Origin: Candidatus Omnitrophota bacterium
Lineage (GTDB): Bacteria; Ratteibacteria; UBA8468; B48-G9; JAFGKM01
Assembly: GCA_023818745.1 (NCBI GenBank)
Contig: JAMWBY010000003.1
Location: forward strand, 1 to 32,672
Direction: 5' to 3'
DNA length: 32,672 nt
How positions within the stretch are numbered: the stretch's first letter is position 1; each line of letters begins with the position of its first letter. Made by a program: the position numbers and the translations under genes. The notes below the pieces were generated by a model, which did not search any database, was not told the origin of the DNA, and saw only the letters and a program-made list of their open reading frames with translations. This document shows, one piece after another, positions 9,767 to 21,091 of this stretch.

Positions 9767-10363
9767 TTAGTTAATTTCTTTCTTTATATTTTGAATAATC
9801 CTTTTTACACATTTTTGTGTTTTTAAAATTGAACCAGAATTATCAACAATGTAATCTGCTTCTTTCTTTTTATGGGTAAGAGAGATTTGACTTTTCCATA
9901 TTTTTTCTATTTCTTCTTTAAGATATTTATTTTTCAATCTTTCCTTTATTTCTTTTAACCTTGAACTTACTACAATAATTTTGTCAAATAGAAATTCACT
10001 TTTAGTTTCAAAAAGCAGGGGAATTTCTATAAAGATTATACCACCTTTTTTCTTTGTGTCAAATATTTCTTTTTTAATTTTATCAAATACAAAAGGGTGT
10101 ATCAATTTTTCCAGTTTTTCCTTTTTTTCAGCGTCATCAAATATAATTTTTCTTATTTTTTTTCTATTCAAATTTTCACCAATTAAGACATCAGAACCAA
10201 AAATTTTTTCTATTCTCTTTATGATAAATTTTTTATTGAGTAATTTCTGAACAATTTCATCACATGAAATAACTTTAAATCCCATATCTTTTATAATATT
10301 TGATACTGTTGTTTTTCCTGAACCTAATATTCCTGTAATTCCCACAATACAGGATTTTTTCAT
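9767..10363 (-). CDS. coaE: Dephospho-CoA kinase
   Basis: [40 protein letters not shown]. Confidence 0.93.
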   Translation of the reverse strand: MKKSCIVGITGILGSGKTTVSNIIKDMGFKVISCDEIVQKLLNKKFIIKRIEKIFGSDVLIGENLNRKKIRKIIFDDAEKKEKLEKLIHPFVFDKIKKEIFDTKKKGGIIFIEIPLLFETKSEFLFDKIIVVSSRLKEIKERLKNKYLKEEIEKIWKSQISLTHKKKEADYIVDNSGSILKTQKCVKRIIQNIKKEIN

Positions 10364-11610
10364 AAAGTTCCCAAATTCCAGGAAGAAAGATATTTTTTTT
10401 GTTGTTCTGTTAAGGTATCTATCTTTATATTCATAGTTTCAAGTTTATATTTTGCTACCTGTTTATCTATTTCTTCAGGTACATCATAAACATTTATTTC
10501 AAGGGAAGGATTTTCTTTAAGATATTTTATTGATAAAAATTGATTTGCAAAACTCATATCCATAACTTCTGGAGGATGGCCTTCTGCACAGGCAAGATTT
10601 AAAAGGCGGCCTTCTCCAAGAATATATATTTTTTTACCATTTTTAAGTATATATTCATAAAGTCCATTTCTTATTCTTTTTTTATTTCTAGTATATTTTT
10701 CTATTTCATCCATTTTTATTTCTACATTAAAATGGCCTGAATTTCCAAGAATTACGCCATTTTTCATCATTTTTATTTCATTAATTGTTATAACTGATGT
10801 ATTTCCTGTTGCTGTAATGAATATATCTCCTAATTTACTTGCTTCTGATATTGGCATAACCCAAAATCCATCCATCACCGCTTCAAGTGCTTTTAAATGG
10901 TCAACTTCTACAATTATTACTCTTGCTCCCATACTTTTAAACCTCATTGCGATACCTTTTCCACACCAACCATAACCACAAACAACAACAATTTTTCCTG
11001 CTATTAAAATATTTGTTGCTCTTAATAATCCATCAATAGTAGACTGTCCTGTTCCATATCTATTGTCAAAGAGATATTTTGTTTTTGCATTGTTTACCGC
11101 AACGACAGGGAATTTTAAAAGTTTTTGTTTATGTAAATTTTTCAAACGAATAACTCCTGTTGTTGTTTCTTCTGTTGCACCTATAATTTTTTTTCTATAG
11201 TTTTCTTTTTGATGAAGAAATGTTATTAAATCTCCACCATCATCTATTACAAAATGAGGCAATCTTTTTCCAACTTCTTCAATATTTCTGTAATATTCTT
11301 TACTTGATTCACCTCTTTTTCCAAAAACAGATATTCCATTTTTAACTAAATATGCTGCAACTTCATCCTGAGTACTTAAAGGATTTGAAGCACATAATGA
11401 TACCTCTGCACCTGCTTGTTTAAAATTCATTACTAAATTTGCAGTTTCAGAAGTTATATGTAAACAGGCACCAATTTTATATCCTTTAAAAATTTTATTT
11501 TTTGAATATAATTTTCTTAATTTTTCAATAACAGGCATATGATTTAATGCCCATATAACTTTCTTTTCTCCCTCTCTAAACAATTTTATATCTTTTATTG
11601 AATATTCCAT
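10360..11610 (-). CDS. ahcY: Adenosylhomocysteinase
   Basis: CLHIT, SNPLSTQD, DDGGDL, EETTTG, KYLFDNRYGTGQS, GYGWCGKG, GRLLNLACAEGHP. Confidence 0.97.
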   Translation of the reverse strand: MEYSIKDIKLFREGEKKVIWALNHMPVIEKLRKLYSKNKIFKGYKIGACLHITSETANLVMNFKQAGAEVSLCASNPLSTQDEVAAYLVKNGISVFGKRGESSKEYYRNIEEVGKRLPHFVIDDGGDLITFLHQKENYRKKIIGATEETTTGVIRLKNLHKQKLLKFPVVAVNNAKTKYLFDNRYGTGQSTIDGLLRATNILIAGKIVVVCGYGWCGKGIAMRFKSMGARVIIVEVDHLKALEAVMDGFWVMPISEASKLGDIFITATGNTSVITINEIKMMKNGVILGNSGHFNVEIKMDEIEKYTRNKKRIRNGLYEYILKNGKKIYILGEGRLLNLACAEGHPPEVMDMSFANQFLSIKYLKENPSLEINVYDVPEEIDKQVAKYKLETMNIKIDTLTEQQKKYLSSWNLGTL

Positions 11611-12750
11611 TTATTTTATATTTTTTATAAAAATTTCTTTTGAATCAATTTTCTCCCATGTAAAATCATCGTCATTTCTTCCGAAATGTCCATAGCAAGC
11701 AGTTTTTTTATATATTGGTCTTAATAAATCAAGTTTTTTTATAATACCTCTTGGTGATAAATCAAAATTTTCTTTAATTATTTTTTCTATTTGGTTATCT
11801 GGTATTATTCCAGTTCCATATGTATTAACCATTAAAGAGACCGGTTCTGCTTGTCCTATTACATATGCAATCTGAATTTCACATTTTTTAGCAATTCCCG
11901 AAGCAATAATGTTTTTCGCTAAATATCTTGCCATATATGAACCAGATCTGTCAACTTTTGTAGGGTCTTTTCCAGAAAAGCAACCACCACCATGTTTCCC
12001 AAATCCTCCATAAGTATCAACTATAATTTTTCTTCCAGTAACGCCTGTATCTGCTACTGGTCCGCCAATAATAAAACTACCTGTTGGATTTATAAAAATT
12101 TTCATATTTTTACTTTGTAATTCTTTTGGAATTACATAGTTTATTACATATTCTATCATATCCTCTCTAATTTTGTTTAAAGAAACATCTGGATTATGTT
12201 GAGCAGAAATAACTACATTTTCCACACTTACAGGTTTGCCATCTTCATAGAGAACAGTAACTTGTGATTTTCCATCTGGGCGTAAATAATTAACAATTTT
12301 TTTCTTTCGTATTTCAGCAAGGCGCATAACTAATTTATGTGAAAGAATAATTGGTAAAGGCATCAATTCAGGAGTTTCATCCGTTGCATATCCAAACATC
12401 ATTCCTTGATCTCCAGCTCCACCTTTATCCACTCCAATTGCTATTTCAGGCGCCTGTTCCTGTATGGAGGTGATAATTCCAACCGATTCATAGTGGAATC
12501 CATAGGATGGTTCTGTATAACCAACCTCTTTTAATAAATTTCTTGCAACTTCAGGAATGTCAACATAACCAGTTGTAGTTATTTCACCTGCTACAAATAT
12601 TAATCCCCTTGTAGTCAATGTTTCACATGCAACTCTTCCATTTTTATCCTGTTTTAAAACCTCGTCAAGTATAACATCAGAGATTTGGTCACATATTTTA
12701 TCTGGATGTCCTTCACAAACAGATTCTGAAGTAAAAAGGTATTTGTTCAC
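11611..12750 (-). CDS. metK: S-adenosylmethionine synthetase
   Basis: [50 protein letters not shown] start with SD GGAGG. Confidence 0.98.
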   Translation of the reverse strand: MNKYLFTSESVCEGHPDKICDQISDVILDEVLKQDKNGRVACETLTTRGLIFVAGEITTTGYVDIPEVARNLLKEVGYTEPSYGFHYESVGIITSIQEQAPEIAIGVDKGGAGDQGMMFGYATDETPELMPLPIILSHKLVMRLAEIRKKKIVNYLRPDGKSQVTVLYEDGKPVSVENVVISAQHNPDVSLNKIREDMIEYVINYVIPKELQSKNMKIFINPTGSFIIGGPVADTGVTGRKIIVDTYGGFGKHGGGCFSGKDPTKVDRSGSYMARYLAKNIIASGIAKKCEIQIAYVIGQAEPVSLMVNTYGTGIIPDNQIEKIIKENFDLSPRGIIKKLDLLRPIYKKTACYGHFGRNDDDFTWEKIDSKEIFIKNIK

Positions 12751-13784
12751 TATCTACCTCCTTTTTGTAATTCTTCTTTCAAAATATTTATTTCTTTTAT
12801 TTCTGTTGGGTTTACTTTATTTAAAATTCCAAGATAAAAACTTACCCAATCCCCAAGAATTATTAAGTAAAGCAATTTTTCAAAAAGTGTATCTCCTTTC
12901 AGTTTAATTTTTAATACCTGATTTATTTTATTTGAAATTATTTTTTCAGTTATTTCAATTCTTTTCCTGACTCTTTCATTTTCCATATCAGAAATTATAA
13001 ATAAAACAACTATATTTTTTATAAACCATTTAGGGAAATTGAAAGACATTATTTCATTATGGTTCATTTCAGGTAAAACATTTATAAAAGAAAAACTTTT
13101 AGAGTTTTCTGCAATTTGGGTTTTCCATCTTAAAATTCCTGGATAAAATCTATTTTCAGAATAAATAATAGGAACTTTCTTATAAAAATTTTCAGCAATT
13201 TGTATTGCGAGATTACTTTCTTTTTCAGGTAGAAATTCATCAACCCACTTTTTTAATTTTTCAAAAAATTTATTTTCAAGTTCAGGCAATATTTTTAAAT
13301 TTACAAAAAATTTATAAACAGGTAAGAGTAAATATCCAAGTGCACATCTTGGAGGCATTCCAGAAGGTATTTTTATTAAAGGAATTCCATCATTTTTACA
13401 CATTTTTTCTATTTCTCCATTACTTGAAACACATAGCATTATACTGGATTTTTTTCTACTTAATTTATAAATATTCACTGTTTCTTCTGTATTTCCTGAA
13501 TAACTCTCAACTACAACTAAACTTTCATTATCCACAAAAGAAGGAAGAGAATAATCTCTTATACAGAATACAGGAATATTACCTGTTTCTTCAATAATAG
13601 TTTTAATTATATCTCCACTTATCGCAGAACCCCCCATACCTGTAAATATTACTTTTTTAAAATTTTTTTTGATAGATGGTATTTTGAAATTATAACCATT
13701 TGAACAATGTTTAGGAAAATCTTTAAGTAATGAAAGCATATCATTTTTATCATATTTAAGAATTAACTTTTTTGAACATTTCAT
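12750..13784 (-). CDS. Bifunctional phosphoglucose/phosphomannose isomerase (SIS domain)
   Basis: [44 protein letters not shown]. Confidence 0.92.
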   Translation of the reverse strand: MKCSKKLILKYDKNDMLSLLKDFPKHCSNGYNFKIPSIKKNFKKVIFTGMGGSAISGDIIKTIIEETGNIPVFCIRDYSLPSFVDNESLVVVESYSGNTEETVNIYKLSRKKSSIMLCVSSNGEIEKMCKNDGIPLIKIPSGMPPRCALGYLLLPVYKFFVNLKILPELENKFFEKLKKWVDEFLPEKESNLAIQIAENFYKKVPIIYSENRFYPGILRWKTQIAENSKSFSFINVLPEMNHNEIMSFNFPKWFIKNIVVLFIISDMENERVRKRIEITEKIISNKINQVLKIKLKGDTLFEKLLYLIILGDWVSFYLGILNKVNPTEIKEINILKEELQKGGR

Positions 13785-13797
13785 TTCTTAACTCCTT

Positions 13798-15510
13798 TTA
13801 ATTCAAGTTTTTTTTGAGAAAATCAATAATCTTTTCATGAGAATTAAAACTTAAAACTTTTTGAGTAATTTCTTTAATTTTTGAATAATAGTTTTTTATA
13901 ATTTTTTCTTTTACCAGAGGTATTGCTACAGGTGCCATACTTAATTCATCTATACCCAACCCAATTAATAGACATGCTATTTCTGGAATAGAAGCCATTT
14001 CTCCACATATTCCGACTTTTATATTATTCTTTTTAGCATTTTCAATAGTTAATTTTATAAGTTTTAAAATAGAAGGATGGCATGGTTTATATAGATAAGA
14101 TAATTTTTCATTGACTCTGTCAATTGCAAGAGTATATTGAATTAAGTCATTAGAGCCGATACTGAAGAAATCTACTTCTTTAGCAAGTTCATCTGAAATT
14201 ATAACAGCGGAAGGAGTTTCAATCATAATCCCTATTTCAATATTTTCTTTAAATTTTTCTCCACCTTTTCTTAATTTATCTTTTGCAATTTCAATTATTT
14301 TTTTTGTTTCAATAACTTCTTCTTTTGTTGTAATCATAGGAAACATAACTTTTAAATTTCCATAATAACTCGCTCTTAAGATTGCTTTTAATTGGGTTAA
14401 AAAAATATCTCTTTTTTCAAGACAAAATCTTATTCCTCTTAACCCAAGAAATGAGTTTAATTCTACAGGGCCTTCAAAAGCAGAAATGAATTTATCTCCA
14501 CCTACATCAATTGTTCTTATAGTAATTGGTTTACCATTCATTTTTTCAATTATTTTTTTATATGAATAAAATTGTTCTTCTTCTGATGGTAAATCTTTTC
14601 TTTTTAAGTATAGATATTCAGTTCTGAAAAGACCTATTCCATCAGCACCATATTTTAAAACTGCATCTACTTCTTCTGGAAGTTCAATATTGGCATATAA
14701 TTCAACTTTTTTTCCATCAAGTGTTAAAGCTTCTTTATTTTTTAATAAATATATTTTCTTTTTAGATTGAGCGATCTTTTTTTCTTTTTGTTTTATCTTT
14801 TCAATTTCAGAAGAAGTTGGATTTATAATTATAATTCCTTCATATCCATCAATCAATAAAGTATCATCTTCTTTAATTTTCTCCATTGCATTGTTAACAC
14901 CAACGACTGCCGGAATTTCAAGTGCTTTTGCTATTATAGTTGTATGAGATGTTTCTGTTCCAACACATGTAATAAAACCCTTTACATATTTTTTTTCTAA
15001 TAAGGAAACTGTTTGAGTTGGAGAAAGGTCATTTGCAACTATAATAATATTTTCTAATGTTTTTGTTTCTTTCTTTTTTTCACTTAGATTTAAAATTATT
15101 TTTTCAAAAATATCAAAAATCTCTTTTTCTCTACTTTTTAAAAAATCACTTTTGAAAAAGTTTTTATTTAAATTTGTTATGAATTTTTTTAATGCGGTCT
15201 CTGCAGAGACGTTTTCCTTTCTTATTATCTTCTCAATTTCTTCCAGAAGATTTTTATCTTTAAGGATTGAAATGTAAAAACTGAAAATTTCAGAATATTC
15301 TTTACCTGCAATTTTTTCTGTTGTTTCTTTAATTTTTAAAATTTCTTCTTCTGTTTTTTGAATACTCTTATAAAACCTATTTATTTCTTCAACTATTTTT
15401 CCACTTTTTATTTTCTTGCTTTCAAAAAATGAGAAAAAATCATCTCTTATTTTATTTGCTTTCCCAATACCTATTCCTGGTGAGGCAGGAAAACCTTTTA
15501 ATTTTCTCAT
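13798..15510 (-). CDS. ptsI: PTS enzyme I (PEP-protein phosphotransferase)
   Basis: GFPASPGIGIG, TSHTTI (phospho-His), GIGLFRTEYL, RTIDVGGDK, FLGLRGIR, MIETPSA, FSIGSNDLIQY, GICGEMA. Confidence 0.96.
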   Translation of the reverse strand: MRKLKGFPASPGIGIGKANKIRDDFFSFFESKKIKSGKIVEEINRFYKSIQKTEEEILKIKETTEKIAGKEYSEIFSFYISILKDKNLLEEIEKIIRKENVSAETALKKFITNLNKNFFKSDFLKSREKEIFDIFEKIILNLSEKKKETKTLENIIIVANDLSPTQTVSLLEKKYVKGFITCVGTETSHTTIIAKALEIPAVVGVNNAMEKIKEDDTLLIDGYEGIIIINPTSSEIEKIKQKEKKIAQSKKKIYLLKNKEALTLDGKKVELYANIELPEEVDAVLKYGADGIGLFRTEYLYLKRKDLPSEEEQFYSYKKIIEKMNGKPITIRTIDVGGDKFISAFEGPVELNSFLGLRGIRFCLEKRDIFLTQLKAILRASYYGNLKVMFPMITTKEEVIETKKIIEIAKDKLRKGGEKFKENIEIGIMIETPSAVIISDELAKEVDFFSIGSNDLIQYTLAIDRVNEKLSYLYKPCHPSILKLIKLTIENAKKNNIKVGICGEMASIPEIACLLIGLGIDELSMAPVAIPLVKEKIIKNYYSKIKEITQKVLSFNSHEKIIDFLKKNLN

Positions 15511-15511
15511 T

Positions 15512-15985
15512 TTAAGCTAAATTATTTAACTTTTCTTCTTCTTCTTTAATTATTTTTAATGCTTCAGATGGTGTTTTAGAATTTCTTAAAGAAGTTCTAA
15601 AAGTTTTATCCTTAAGAAGACGTGCTATTTTGGCTAATGTTTTTAAATGTTCTCCTATTGATTTTGTAGGAGCAAGAACAAGAAATATAATGTATACTGG
15701 TTCTCCATCAAGAGAATCAAAATCAACCCCATTTTTAGAAATTCCAAGAGCGCATACAATATCATTAATTTGTTCTGTTTTAGCATGTGGTATAGCAATG
15801 CCCTGACCAATACCAGTGGAACCAAGTTTTTCTCTCTCCATCACAGTTTCTAAAATTTTTTCCCCCTCCTTTAAATACCCATTTTTTTCAAGTAGGTCTA
15901 TAAGTGCTTTTAAACTACCTTTCTTATCTCTACTTTTTAAATTTATTATTATCGAGTCCTCTTTCAAATAATCTATAATTTTCAT
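15512..15985 (-). CDS. ptsN: PTS IIA component, Ntr/fructose family (PtsN-like)
   Basis: EREKLGSTGIGQGIAIPHA, GVDFDSLDGEPV, HLKTLAKIARLL; lies next to hpf. Confidence 0.85.
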   Translation of the reverse strand: MKIIDYLKEDSIIINLKSRDKKGSLKALIDLLEKNGYLKEGEKILETVMEREKLGSTGIGQGIAIPHAKTEQINDIVCALGISKNGVDFDSLDGEPVYIIFLVLAPTKSIGEHLKTLAKIARLLKDKTFRTSLRNSKTPSEALKIIKEEEEKLNNLA

Positions 15986-16278
15986 TTTCCCTCCTTTTTG
16001 TTTACAATTTTTTCATGTGTTTTTCTTACTTTCTCCTTTGTTCTATCAAGAAGAATTTCAACACTTTTATTTAAATCTTTATTCTTTTCCTTCAAAAAAA
16101 CTTTTAAATTTTTAGAATGCAGATAAATTTCAGTTAAAAATATAGAACCATCTTTTTTAATATAGAACTCTGCATATCCACTGTCAAAAATAAATTTTTG
16201 TAATTTTTCTATTTTTTCTTTTATATAATTCTCAAAAAGTTTGTCTATTTTTACTTCTGAATAGATTTTAATATCCAT
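15982..16278 (-). CDS. hpf: Short ribosome hibernation promoting factor (HPF/RaiA family), divergent
   Basis: 98 aa; 'ENYIKEKIEKLQKF' and 'DLNKSVEILLDRTKEKVRKTHEK' match the HPF helix pattern; canonical position upstream of ptsN. Confidence 0.7.
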   Translation of the reverse strand: MDIKIYSEVKIDKLFENYIKEKIEKLQKFIFDSGYAEFYIKKDGSIFLTEIYLHSKNLKVFLKEKNKDLNKSVEILLDRTKEKVRKTHEKIVNKKEGK

Positions 16279-16291
16279 TTTTTTCTCCTTC

Positions 16292-17188
16292 TTAAAATTC
16301 TGACAGATTTTTTACAATGAAATTTGGAAAATAAAACTTTAAAATTTCTCTGTAATTAAATCCTTCTTCTGCCATTTTTTTTGCTCCATATTGACACAAA
16401 CCGACTCCATGTCCATAACCTTGCCCTTTAAAAATGATAGCATTGCCTATATCTTCAATTTCAAACATAGTACTTGGAATTATATAAGGATTATTAAAAC
16501 TTACTTTTGTCTTTTCATTTACTTTAAGTCTAAACTTATGTCCACTTAATTCATTTATTTTATCATTTTTATCTATAATGTGCAAAATTTTTATTCTACC
16601 GCTTTTGTCTCTCTCAATTACTTCTAATTTTTTTATCTGTATTCCTAAAATTTCTGACAAATATTTTTTTGTCAATGTCTTTTTCCATCTTAAATAGGGA
16701 CTGTCTTTACAATAATAGTCAACAATTGAAATGTTGTAAGGATAAATTCCTCCCCAGACATCCGAAGGATTTGCCGTATAACCTCCAGAACAAGCATGAA
16801 AGAATACAGGAACTATTTTTTCATCATGGGTTACAATAATTTCTCCTCTTGTTTCATTAACTAACTTTTTTATTTTCTCACTTTTACAATCTTCAAAAAC
16901 CTGATGATATATTGAATTTTCAATATCATAAAAACTATTTTTTTTTGTTTGCATCTTCCATATTAAATATGTTCTTGAAACTACTGCCTGTGCTTTTAAT
17001 GATTCTTCTGGCCATTTTTCTCCCATTTCTTTTGATACAACTCCAGCGATGTAATTTTCTAACTCAACTTTTTTAAAAACATTTCCATCAAGAAATTTTA
17101 CATATAATTCATTTTGAGAAAATCCAATCCAGATTAAAGTTAGGAAAATGCTAATTACCAGATTTTTCTTCAGGGTAAATTTCAACAT
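16292..17188 (-). CDS. SpoIID/LytB family lytic transglycosylase
   Basis: LENYIAGVVSKEM..WPEESLKAQAVVSRTY, FFHACSGG, GQGYGHGVGLCQYGA, ILKFYFP; N-terminal hydrophobic segment. Confidence 0.93.
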   Translation of the reverse strand: MLKFTLKKNLVISIFLTLIWIGFSQNELYVKFLDGNVFKKVELENYIAGVVSKEMGEKWPEESLKAQAVVSRTYLIWKMQTKKNSFYDIENSIYHQVFEDCKSEKIKKLVNETRGEIIVTHDEKIVPVFFHACSGGYTANPSDVWGGIYPYNISIVDYYCKDSPYLRWKKTLTKKYLSEILGIQIKKLEVIERDKSGRIKILHIIDKNDKINELSGHKFRLKVNEKTKVSFNNPYIIPSTMFEIEDIGNAIIFKGQGYGHGVGLCQYGAKKMAEEGFNYREILKFYFPNFIVKNLSEF

Positions 17189-17723
17189 TTACATTCCCTT
17201 TAATTTCTATTGTATTTTTTTCAATATTGTAAATAATTCTTTCACCAGAAAATGTATTTTTCCCTCTTTTAATTAAAGGTTTTTCTTCAAAAATCATTTC
17301 TTTTTTGCTGTCAATATATGTTAATTTTCCACATGAAATTTCCATTGTTATTTTTTCTTCTTTTTTGTCTTTATACAAAATTGAAACTTTTCCTGTAATA
17401 ATTATCTCTTTAATTCTTTGTGTGTCAGGGTCTACTTTTATTTCTCCTTTTCCCCCTTTGTCAGTTTTTATTTCAATTATTTCAGAGGATGTTTTAAGAG
17501 AAAAAGAAGGAGAAGAAATTTTAACATCTTTATTTTCAGCGATTTCAGCACTTTCTCCATTTAAAGTGATTGAAAAATCTTGAGAAAATTGTTTTAAAGA
17601 AAATTTTTTTATTCTTTCTTCATTAATAAGAACATTTTTTTCTTCTTTTTTACTGCAATTGGTAAAAATATTTGAAATAAAAACGATAGCAAAAATCAAT
17701 AGGTATTTAATTAAGTTTTTCAT
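17151..17723 (-). CDS. LptC/LptA (OstA)-like beta-jellyroll lipoprotein
   Basis: Signal peptide ending FTNC (lipobox-like); beta-rich; C-terminal 'FSGERIIYNIEKNTIEIKGNVNV' resembles LptA/LptC ends. Confidence 0.6.
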   Translation of the reverse strand: MKNLIKYLLIFAIVFISNIFTNCSKKEEKNVLINEERIKKFSLKQFSQDFSITLNGESAEIAENKDVKISSPSFSLKTSSEIIEIKTDKGGKGEIKVDPDTQRIKEIIITGKVSILYKDKKEEKITMEISCGKLTYIDSKKEMIFEEKPLIKRGKNTFSGERIIYNIEKNTIEIKGNVNVEIYPEEKSGN

Positions 17724-17742
17724 TTGTTTACTTTTTATTTTA

Positions 17743-18078
17743 TTAACCAGGTGGCCACATCAATATTCTTCCACCCAAAAGATGGAAATGAATGTGGTCA
17801 ACGCTCTGTCCTGCATTTCTGTTCGTATTGATTACTATTCTATATCCTGATTCTTTAATTCCTTCTTTTTCTGCTATATCACATCCGATTTTTAACATTT
17901 TTCCAAGAAGTGTAATTTCATCTGTTTGGTATAATTTTGCAATATGTTTTTTAGGTATTATGAGGATATGAACTGGTGCTTGAGGATTTATATCTTTTAT
18001 ACATAGAACATCCTCATCCTCATAGACCTTTGCGCTTTTTATTTCACCATTTACAATTTTACAAAAAATACAATCCAT
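17743..18078 (-). CDS. hinT: Histidine triad nucleotide-binding protein (HINT)
   Basis: MDCIFCKI, DINPQAPVHILIIPKKHI, AGQSVDHIHFHLLGGR..WPPG. Confidence 0.95.
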   Translation of the reverse strand: MDCIFCKIVNGEIKSAKVYEDEDVLCIKDINPQAPVHILIIPKKHIAKLYQTDEITLLGKMLKIGCDIAEKEGIKESGYRIVINTNRNAGQSVDHIHFHLLGGRILMWPPG

Positions 18079-18079
18079 T

Positions 18080-20053
18080 TCAAACTCCTTTTAATTTTTT
18101 GGGAATTTCTATTAAGTTATATGACTGAATTATATCTCCTTCTTGGAAATCATTAAAGTTGTTAATACCAATTCCGCATTCATTATTATATCCTACCTCA
18201 TTTACTGGGTCTTTAAATCTTTTTAAACTTGATAAAACTCCCTCAAAGATTATTTTCCCATTTCTTATAATTTTTACCTTTGTATTCCTTACAACTTTAC
18301 CATCAACTACAACACAACCAGCAATTACCATATCCTTTGACAATTTAAAAACTTTTTTTACAAGTGCCTGACCAATAAGTTCTTCTTTAATATCGGGTTC
18401 AAGCATCCCTTCTAATGCTCTTATAATATCGTCTCCGATATCATATATAATATCATAAGTTCTGATTTCAACATTCTCTTTTTTAGCAATTTCTTTTGCT
18501 TTTGGATCAATTTGAACTTTAAATCCAAGGACAATCCCATTTGAAGCAGAAGCAAGAAGAACGTCCGATTCACTTATAGGGCCTGTGCCAGAATGAATGA
18601 TATTAACTTTTACTTCATTTTGAGGGATTTTTTCTATTATATTTTTTATAGCATCTATTGAGTTATAGAAATCAGTTTTAAGAACAACGTTGAGTTCTTT
18701 TATATCTCCTTTTTTTATTTCTTCATATAGGTCCTTTAAAGTTAGTTTTCTTACTGGTATTACTTTACTTTTTTCTTTTTTCTTTTCTTCTATTATTTCT
18801 TTTGCTTCTTTTTCTGACTCAACCACTTTAAATTTTTCACCAGGAATAGCTACTTCATGTGCTCCAAGAATTTCCACAGGTGATGATGGACCTACTTTTT
18901 CTAATCTTTGGCCCCAGTCGTCAATTATTGCTCTTACCTTACCATATGTATGTCCTACGATAAAAGGGTCTCCTACTTTCAATTGGCCATTTTCAACAAT
19001 GATACTTATTACTGGACCTTTAAATCTATCAAGATATGATTCAATTACTGTTCCTTCCGCTCTACAATTTATTCTTGCTTTCAATTCAAGCATTTCTCCA
19101 AGTAGAAGTATCATTTCAAGAAGTTCATTTATACCTTCTCCTGTCAATCCAGAAACATTTACATAGATTGTATCTCCACCCCATTCCTCAGGAATGAGTC
19201 CATATTCAGAAAGTTGTTTTTTTATTTTTTCTGGATTAGCATTTGGTTTATCAATTTTATTTATTGCAACTATTATAGGTACTTTTGCTGATTTTGCATG
19301 GTTTAATGCTTCAATCGTTTGTGGTTTTATCCCTTCATCTGCTGCAACAACAAGGACTACAATATCAGTGACTTTTGCTCCCATCGCTCTCATTGCTGTA
19401 AATGCTTCATGTCCTGGCGTATCAAGAAAAACAATAGAACCTTCGGGTAAATTTACCTTATAAGCACCAATTTTTTGAGTTATCTGACCCACTTCTTTTT
19501 CCGCAATTCTACTATTTCTTATTTTATCAAGTATAGTTGTTTTGCCATGGTCCACATGTCCCATTATTGTTACAACTGGACACTTTGGTATAAATATAGG
19601 TTCTGGTTCTTTTTTTTCTTTTAATTCTTCAACTTTTTTCTCCTCTTTAAATATGGGAATAAAATTGAAATTTTCACATATTTTCTGAATAATATTTTTA
19701 TCAATTGTCTGATTTATGTTAGCAACAATTTTAATGCTTAATAGATATTTTAAAATTTCAGAAGAAGGAATTTTTATCTTTTTAGAAAGTTCTTTAACAT
19801 TTTCATTCCCTGTTAGAATTATTTCTTTTGGTATTCCTTCTATTTCTTCTTTTTTTGCTTCCTCTTTTTCTGCTGTTTCTGTTTCTTTGGGTTTTTTTAT
19901 TTTTTGTTTTTGAAAATAATCTTCAATTTTTGATAATTCAGTATCACTTAATGAACTTAAAATTTTTTTATCTTTAATACCGATTTTTTTTAATAATTCT
20001 AAAAATTCTTTTGTTGGAATCTTATATTTTTTTGATAATTCGTAAATTCTCAT
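18080..20053 (-). CDS. infB: Translation initiation factor IF-2
   Basis: MRIYELSK N-domain; [38 protein letters not shown]...ECGI. Confidence 0.98.
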   Translation of the reverse strand: MRIYELSKKYKIPTKEFLELLKKIGIKDKKILSSLSDTELSKIEDYFQKQKIKKPKETETAEKEEAKKEEIEGIPKEIILTGNENVKELSKKIKIPSSEILKYLLSIKIVANINQTIDKNIIQKICENFNFIPIFKEEKKVEELKEKKEPEPIFIPKCPVVTIMGHVDHGKTTILDKIRNSRIAEKEVGQITQKIGAYKVNLPEGSIVFLDTPGHEAFTAMRAMGAKVTDIVVLVVAADEGIKPQTIEALNHAKSAKVPIIVAINKIDKPNANPEKIKKQLSEYGLIPEEWGGDTIYVNVSGLTGEGINELLEMILLLGEMLELKARINCRAEGTVIESYLDRFKGPVISIIVENGQLKVGDPFIVGHTYGKVRAIIDDWGQRLEKVGPSSPVEILGAHEVAIPGEKFKVVESEKEAKEIIEEKKKEKSKVIPVRKLTLKDLYEEIKKGDIKELNVVLKTDFYNSIDAIKNIIEKIPQNEVKVNIIHSGTGPISESDVLLASASNGIVLGFKVQIDPKAKEIAKKENVEIRTYDIIYDIGDDIIRALEGMLEPDIKEELIGQALVKKVFKLSKDMVIAGCVVVDGKVVRNTKVKIIRNGKIIFEGVLSSLKRFKDPVNEVGYNNECGIGINNFNDFQEGDIIQSYNLIEIPKKLKGV

Positions 20054-21036
20054 TTTGAAATATTTTCTTCCTTTTTATATTCTGAAACTTTGAAAACTTT
20101 AATATTCCAACCTGTTAATTTTGAAGCAAGGCGAACATTTTGTCCTTTTTTACCTATGGCAAGAAATAACTGGTCATCGTTAACTATCACAACCGCCTCT
20201 TTTTTCTCTTCATTAATTAAAACTTCTTTGGGTTGTGCCGGAGATAAAGAATTTTCAATAAATTTAATAATATCCTCATCCCAGCGAACTATTTCTATTT
20301 TTTCATTTCTCAATTCTTTTACAATATTTTTTATTCTATTTGCTTTATCTCCAATACAAGTTCCAACAGGGTCTATTTTTTCATTTTTAGAATAAACAGC
20401 CACCTTTGTTAAATCACCAGGGAATCTTGCAAGTGCTTTAATTTCTACAATTTTTTCTTTGATTTCAGGAATTTCATTTTCAAGCAATTTTCTAACAAAA
20501 TTGGGATGGGTTCTGGATAAAATTAACTGATAATTTCCTTTTGAAGGCGGCCTTACTTCAAGAAGATAACATCTTATTCCATCTCCTATTTTAAAGTGGT
20601 CATTTGGAAGTTTATGATGATATGGAAGAATTGCTTCTGCTTTACCTATGGTTACTATAATATTTTCATTTTCAAATCTTTCAACTCTTCCGCTCACAAT
20701 TTCACCTTCTAAATTTTTAAACTCATTATAAACTGTGTTTTTTTCTGCTTCCTTTATTTTCTGTATTAAGACGTGTCTTGCCGTTTGTGCTGCAATTCTT
20801 TCCCACTGGAAATTAGGAGGTGAAACCTCTTCCCCTTTTGCATTTATAAACTTTATTTCTCCTGTTTCAGAATCTATTTTAATTTTAATATGTTCTGGAA
20901 GTCCTGCCTTTTTTCTATAAACAGTTAAAAGTCCATCTTCAAGAGATTCTATCAAATAATGCCTTTCTATTCCTTTTTCTTTCTCCCAATATTCCAATAA
21001 AGCAACAATTTCCTTTTTCATTTCCATAACCTCCAT
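20050..21036 (-). CDS. nusA: Transcription elongation factor NusA (start may be 21036 or 21021)
   Basis: RIAAQTARHV..QKIKEAE, S1 domain, LILSRTHP, ARFPG..TKVAV, DPVGTCIG, LAIGKKGQNVRLASKLTGW. Confidence 0.97.
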   Translation of the reverse strand: MEVMEMKKEIVALLEYWEKEKGIERHYLIESLEDGLLTVYRKKAGLPEHIKIKIDSETGEIKFINAKGEEVSPPNFQWERIAAQTARHVLIQKIKEAEKNTVYNEFKNLEGEIVSGRVERFENENIIVTIGKAEAILPYHHKLPNDHFKIGDGIRCYLLEVRPPSKGNYQLILSRTHPNFVRKLLENEIPEIKEKIVEIKALARFPGDLTKVAVYSKNEKIDPVGTCIGDKANRIKNIVKELRNEKIEIVRWDEDIIKFIENSLSPAQPKEVLINEEKKEAVVIVNDDQLFLAIGKKGQNVRLASKLTGWNIKVFKVSEYKKEENISK

Positions 21037-21042
21037 ATTTTA

Positions 21043-21071
21043 ATTTTATTTAATTTGCTTTCATCTGTCAA
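21043..21071 (-). promoter_or_regulatory. Near-consensus sigma70 promoter of the nusA...rho operon
   Basis: Minus strand: TTGACA(21071-21066)-17 nt-TAAAAT(21048-21043). Confidence 0.75.
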
Positions 21072-21083
21072 GTAATGTAAACT
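21055..21083 (+). promoter_or_regulatory. Divergent overlapping sigma70 promoter of the MFS operon (leaderless geometry)
   Basis: TTGCTT(21055-21060)-17 nt-TAAACT(21078-21083)-8 nt-ATG 21092; no SD. Confidence 0.5.
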
Positions 21084-21091
21084 TTTAAAAT

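Noticed and set aside
11611-13800. SAM riboswitch ahead of metK-ahcY
   Set aside because: metK overlaps the upstream gene's stop, leaving no non-coding space.
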